A stretch of DNA of 64,000 nt from Okamejei kenojei (taxonomy: Eukaryota): assembly GCA_035221665.1 (NCBI GenBank), contig CM069155.1, forward strand, positions 13,578,001 to 13,642,000, in the 5' to 3' direction. The notes beneath the pieces were generated by a model. The model was given only the letters and a program-made list of their open reading frames with translations. It was not told the origin of the DNA and did not search any database. Within the stretch, counting starts at the first letter, position 1. Every line of letters starts with the position of its first letter. Of the stretch, positions 59,451 through 64,000 are shown piece by piece. Position numbers and translations under genes: made by a program.

Positions 59451-61769
59451 CCGACAGAAAATCACCTTTATGTTTTGTTTGTGTTGGGGGAAGGAAGCCG
59501 GTGGCTGTTCTGTCACTCAGGTTAGTTTACAAGTTGTTTGCTTTTAGGGTGTCCGCCCTCCATCTTGACAGCGTTCAGGGATGAAGCGCCGAATACATGC
59601 CGCCAGGGCTGTGTTTTCCTTTTATTTTGTGAAGCCTGGTGGTTACATTTTTTGTTTTGTCTGGCGACATCCGTGACATATTGTAGAGTCAGCCCCCGAA
59701 TAGTGTTTGGCGATGCGTGATGGTCTGGACAGAGGCTTTTAAGTGAATTAGAGCAGTCGCAGTTTATTGAATGAGCAGCTCACTTTCCCTGGGATTAGTT
59801 GCGTGAGGGGTTTGGTGCAGCTCAGCTGATGTAGCTGCAGTTCGCTGCTGTCCAACGTGGCTGGGTTTGTCTTTAACTCATCGTTGGCGTTTAGCACGGA
59901 ATGTCTTCGTCTATTTTCCCGGTTTGACGATGAAATATCAATTCGCCATTATAGAGGTGGAGGCATTGAAACATTTTCTAGTAAACGTTGCAGTTGATGT
60001 TTTTTCCCTAATCGTGTAAATTAGAAATTCAGTGAAGTAAATATCGCAAACAGGTTAAATGAAATCCATGCTTTAAGTACCACTTTTATAGATACCTGCG
60101 GCTCTATTTTATATTCTGCAAGGCATACAAAGATATATACAGGTCATTTTATCTCTATTAACAAATCTTTAAGCCACGTACCATGCCTAATATTTGTATG
60201 ATTTCTAGATACCGTTATGACTTCAGTAGAGCTGTCACATAGTATATTCCGCTTTTAGAAGTCAAGTAAAAACTATCGTATTATTTTCAGGCAAAACATG
60301 TACCGTGTCAGCTGATGCTTTCCAAGTCTCATCAGCTGCTCTCTTGTGTGTTTAAAACAAACCAAGTTTATTTCCATCACCTAATGTGACATGTAATGAC
60401 AAAACTGGCTGTAAAGCCCTCATGAGAGAGGTGAATATTAATTGAAATAAAGATGAAAAACTCCCATTGTCCAAGATGCCACAATACATGATTTTTGGAT
60501 GCCACTTGAATACATTTGCTTTTGTGGTTTATATCATATAAATCCCCAGGAGAGCTTTGCTGCCTACCTTTCAACACAATAGAGTTTGTTTATTGTGCCT
60601 TTTGTCATTTTAGAGTAACAGCAATCCATGGCTGTGTATCAATAAGTAAGCACTTTAAAATAGAATTATCACTTTTTAGTTGGACAATGACCTGAAAGTT
60701 AGATGGGAATATTTACTCAAAGAATGAATACATTGTATTTGAATCAACACGTGACTTTGTTGCCTCTTTTGAGGCAGAAATCAGAATCAAGATATGGTAA
60801 CTTCAAAACTGTAGGTAAGCCATTCTAGATAACACAAAATTAGATTTCGGGACAATTCCTGGACAAATCCTGGATGTGATGGATGAATTGATATTTTCCA
60901 GAGGGAAAAAAGTACTTACACAAATCTGGGTGAATATTATATTTTCTAAATCTACATCTTAGGGTGCTAACTAATTTATTTTAAAAAGCTTCTCTAATAA
61001 CATAATTGCTGGTGATGTACCACAGTGGTATTTGTGGTATATTAAAACAAATAATTTTTGAGTACAAAGCTCTGGAAATGTTTGGAATCGCACTTGACTC
61101 CAAGTGGCATAATTGAAACTAAGGATATTTTCATTTTAAGGTAGATAATTTAACTTTTGATACTTAATAGTATTATTCTTGTAACGTTCTTAATATTTCT
61201 AAGGTTAGATCTATGCAATTATTCTTAATGATTTTCTCATAGTAATTTTTGTTTAGCCAATGTAAACTGACTGCAAATATAGCTCTAACCGCCTATGTTG
61301 CAACCTCAAAAGATTGAGAATTTGTACACAGAAATTAATTTAGTTGGTTTGGAGAACTAACGTTTTTCGAAAACGATGCCTATAGTTAATGCTTAATGCT
61401 ATAGTTTCTTTGTGTAACCATTGAGATCAAACTATGTTTTCCAAAAACAATTTAATGCTGTTCTTTGCACTAGAGGAGGAGTAGTGGTTGTTGAGTCTTA
61501 ATCAGTTTGTTGGTATCTATGGAGGAATATGATTAATTATGTTGGATATAATTCATCCTATTAATCTTGCAGTTTGTTTCAGCATCTCTCGCTTTTTGTT
61601 GCAACTAAATCTTTGTCATGAAGCATCAGATGATATATACCTTTGTATATATTTTTGGTTTAAAAAAAGCTTAAGTTATGTTCCAACTTTCTGATTTGTT
61701 ATAAAATCTTGTGCAAAGTTCATGAATTGGAGTGGAACTAGGTGTAATGATAGTGATGAAACATGGGCC

Positions 61770-62330
61770 CACTGTGCATCTGCAGAAGTAAGAATCATTA
61801 AAGACAAGCAGAATGTCTTTAATCTTCTAAGGAAGTAGAAGGTATTGTTGTGCTTTCCTGGCCACAGCTTCAATGTGGTTAAGGACAAATGTTGGCAATA
61901 TTTAGCCTGAGGAATTTAAAGCTCTTAACCATCTCCACCTTGACAACGTTGATTCTGACTGGGGAGGTCCACTACCTGGCTTCCTGCAATCAATACTAGC
62001 CCCTTCATCTTGCTGACATTGAGAGAGAGATGGTTGTCTTGACACCGTCACTAAACCCGCAATCTGCTTCCTGTACTCCACTCATCATTATTTGAGATCT
62101 GCTCATTACATTTGTGCCATCTGTAAACTTATAAATGTGGTTAGAGTAGAATTTGGCTATACAGTCATAAGCGTGTTATGTTCCAGGAGTTTGGAGATGA
62201 GTTTAATTGGATTTTTGGTGTTGAAGGCATAGCTATAGTCAATAACTAGAAGTATGGCACAGCTGTCCTCATTATCTATGTGTTACAGTGATGAGGGTAG
62301 GGCCATGGAGATGGCGAGTGCCATCTAGAT
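61770..62330 (-). mobile_element. Degraded Rex1-type LINE fragment
   Basis: FYFLRRLKTF; similar to 55080-55550. Confidence 0.6.
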
Positions 62331-62599
62331 AGAGCTTTACTGAAAATATCCCAGGCCAATGTCTGCACAGATGGAGGCTGTGAGTGCACTAGTTGACCTT
62401 TATCAAATGCTGCTAGAAACTGGTGCAAAGATAGCAATACAGTAAGTCACAATGTGCAATATCCATTTTGTTTAAATTATGACCTTGATTCAGTAAGATC
62501 AGAAACTATTGAAAAAAGGAAGCTCAGCCTGTATTTGTCTACCAAATACACAACAATTTAAATATGCAAGGTTTGGTGCTCATATGTAAACTGTGACTA

Positions 62600-64000
62600 C
62601 ATTAGCACTCATGGATGAGTTCTATGCATGCTTCGATAGGAAGAACACTGATGTGCTTTCTCGGGCCCCCACAGCCACTGATGGTATTGCAATCTCCGTC
62701 ATTAAATTCGGCGTCAGAAGATCCTTCAGGAATGTGAAACCTCGGAAAGTGTCTAGACCTGATGGTTTACCTGATTGAATTTTCAAAGCGTGCAAGGACC
62801 AACTGGCTGGAGTTTTTGTGGACATCTTCAACCTCTCATTTCTGAGGTTCCCACCTGCTTTAAAAGGCCATCAATAATACCGATGTCCTAGAAGAGTGAG
62901 GTGAAATGCTTCAATGACTACCGGATCAGTGGAACTAATGTCCATGGTGATGCAGTGCTTTGAGGTTGATTATGATGCATATCAACTATCTCAGCAAGAA
63001 CCTAGGCCCACTACAATTTGCCTACCGTCACAATAGATCATTGGGGGATGCGATCTCGCTGGATCGCCACTCTGCACTGGATGCTTGGACAATAAAAACA
63101 CTGCCAGGCTGGTGTTCATGGACTACTGCTCGGCGTTCAACACTATTATACCCTCCAAACTTGTTATCAAGTGCTGAGAAATGGTTCTTTGCTCAACCAT
63201 TTGCAATTGGATCCCCAACTTCTTTATCAACAACATCGGTATAAATTGGCAACGACACTTCCTCCTATCTAACCATAAGCACGGGATTAAAAGGCTGTGT
63301 GCTCAGTCTTCTGCTCTACTCTATACCCTTGACTGTGTAGCCGGACACAGTTCCAACTTTGCTGATGACACCACCTTTGTTGGCAAGGTTCCTATGACAA
63401 TGAGTCAGACTATAGGGGGGAGATTGATCATCTGATTGGATGGCGCCAGAACAGCAACCTTGCTCTTAAAGTCAGTAAAACTATGGATCTGATTGTTGAC
63501 TTTAGAAAAGAAAGGCTGAGGAACCACAAACCTGGCCTCTTCAATGGAACAGTGGTGGAGTAAATAAACCATTTCAAGTTTTGGGGCATGCATATCTCTG
63601 AAGATCTGTCCTGGACCCAGCACATAGATGAAATTATAAAAGAAAGCCCATCAATAGTTCTACTTCCTTAGAAGATTGAGGTGATTCTGTATGTTGACAA
63701 ATGCTCTCTTGAACTTTTACAGGTGTATGATAGTGTACATGTTGACTGGTTGCATCATGGCCTGATTTGGCAACTCAAATACCCAGGAACGAAGGGGATT
63801 ACAAAAGTGGTGAACATTGCCCGATACATTGACTTCTAACCATCAAAGGGATCTATACGAGGCATTGTCTCAAAAAGGTAGACAGCACCATCAAGGTCGC
63901 ACATCGCCCTGGCTATGCTCTCATTTCACTCCTGCCACCTGGAAGAAGGTATAGTAGTTCTGAAAACTGTAACATCCAGTTTCAGGATCAGCTTCTTCCC
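62600..64000 (+). mobile_element. Degraded Rex1-type LINE RT region (runs off the window)
   Basis: VKPRKVSRPDG, PLQFAYRHNRSLGDAI, NFADDTT. Confidence 0.85.

Noticed and set aside
59086-59547. ORFs across the CpG island (e.g. MAAGGEGNVNH... on the minus strand)
   Set aside because: No recognisable protein. Long ORFs are expected in GC-rich DNA, and the ASCC2 start is at 49912.
60778-60814. Possible small plus-strand non-coding exon (GCAG...TAG|GTAAGC)
   Set aside because: Splice-like motifs alone are insufficient, and I recognise no homology.

Overview
Eukaryotic, repeat-rich genomic DNA. The mix of HE1/V-SINE-like SINEs, CR1, Rex1, Penelope and Tc1 elements suggests a cartilaginous fish, probably a skate or ray (inference). 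The window holds one complete protein-coding gene, ASCC2, on the minus strand. I traced 18 coding exons (49912 to 10418) with GT-AG boundaries and consistent phases, 2244 nt, 747 aa, including one U12-type intron. A CpG-island promoter at about 59.1-59.45 kb probably also drives a divergent gene (MTMR3 by human synteny, unproven). The rest is transposable elements. The most unusual observation is a ~1.1 kb non-autonomous TIR transposon in two intronic copies (16003-20329, interrupted by an L1, and 40969-42128). It carries a captured 5' coding fragment of the host gene CHST14, bracketed by TTAGGG-like repeats. Also notable: a Gypsy element inverted at its PBS, hammerhead-ribozyme-like motifs in Penelope-derived repeats, a large Penelope inverted repeat inside the U12 intron, two Passport-like Tc1 copies and a possible decayed LRR gene. 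Gene and family assignments rest on recalled sequences, not database searches. Most repeat boundaries are approximate.
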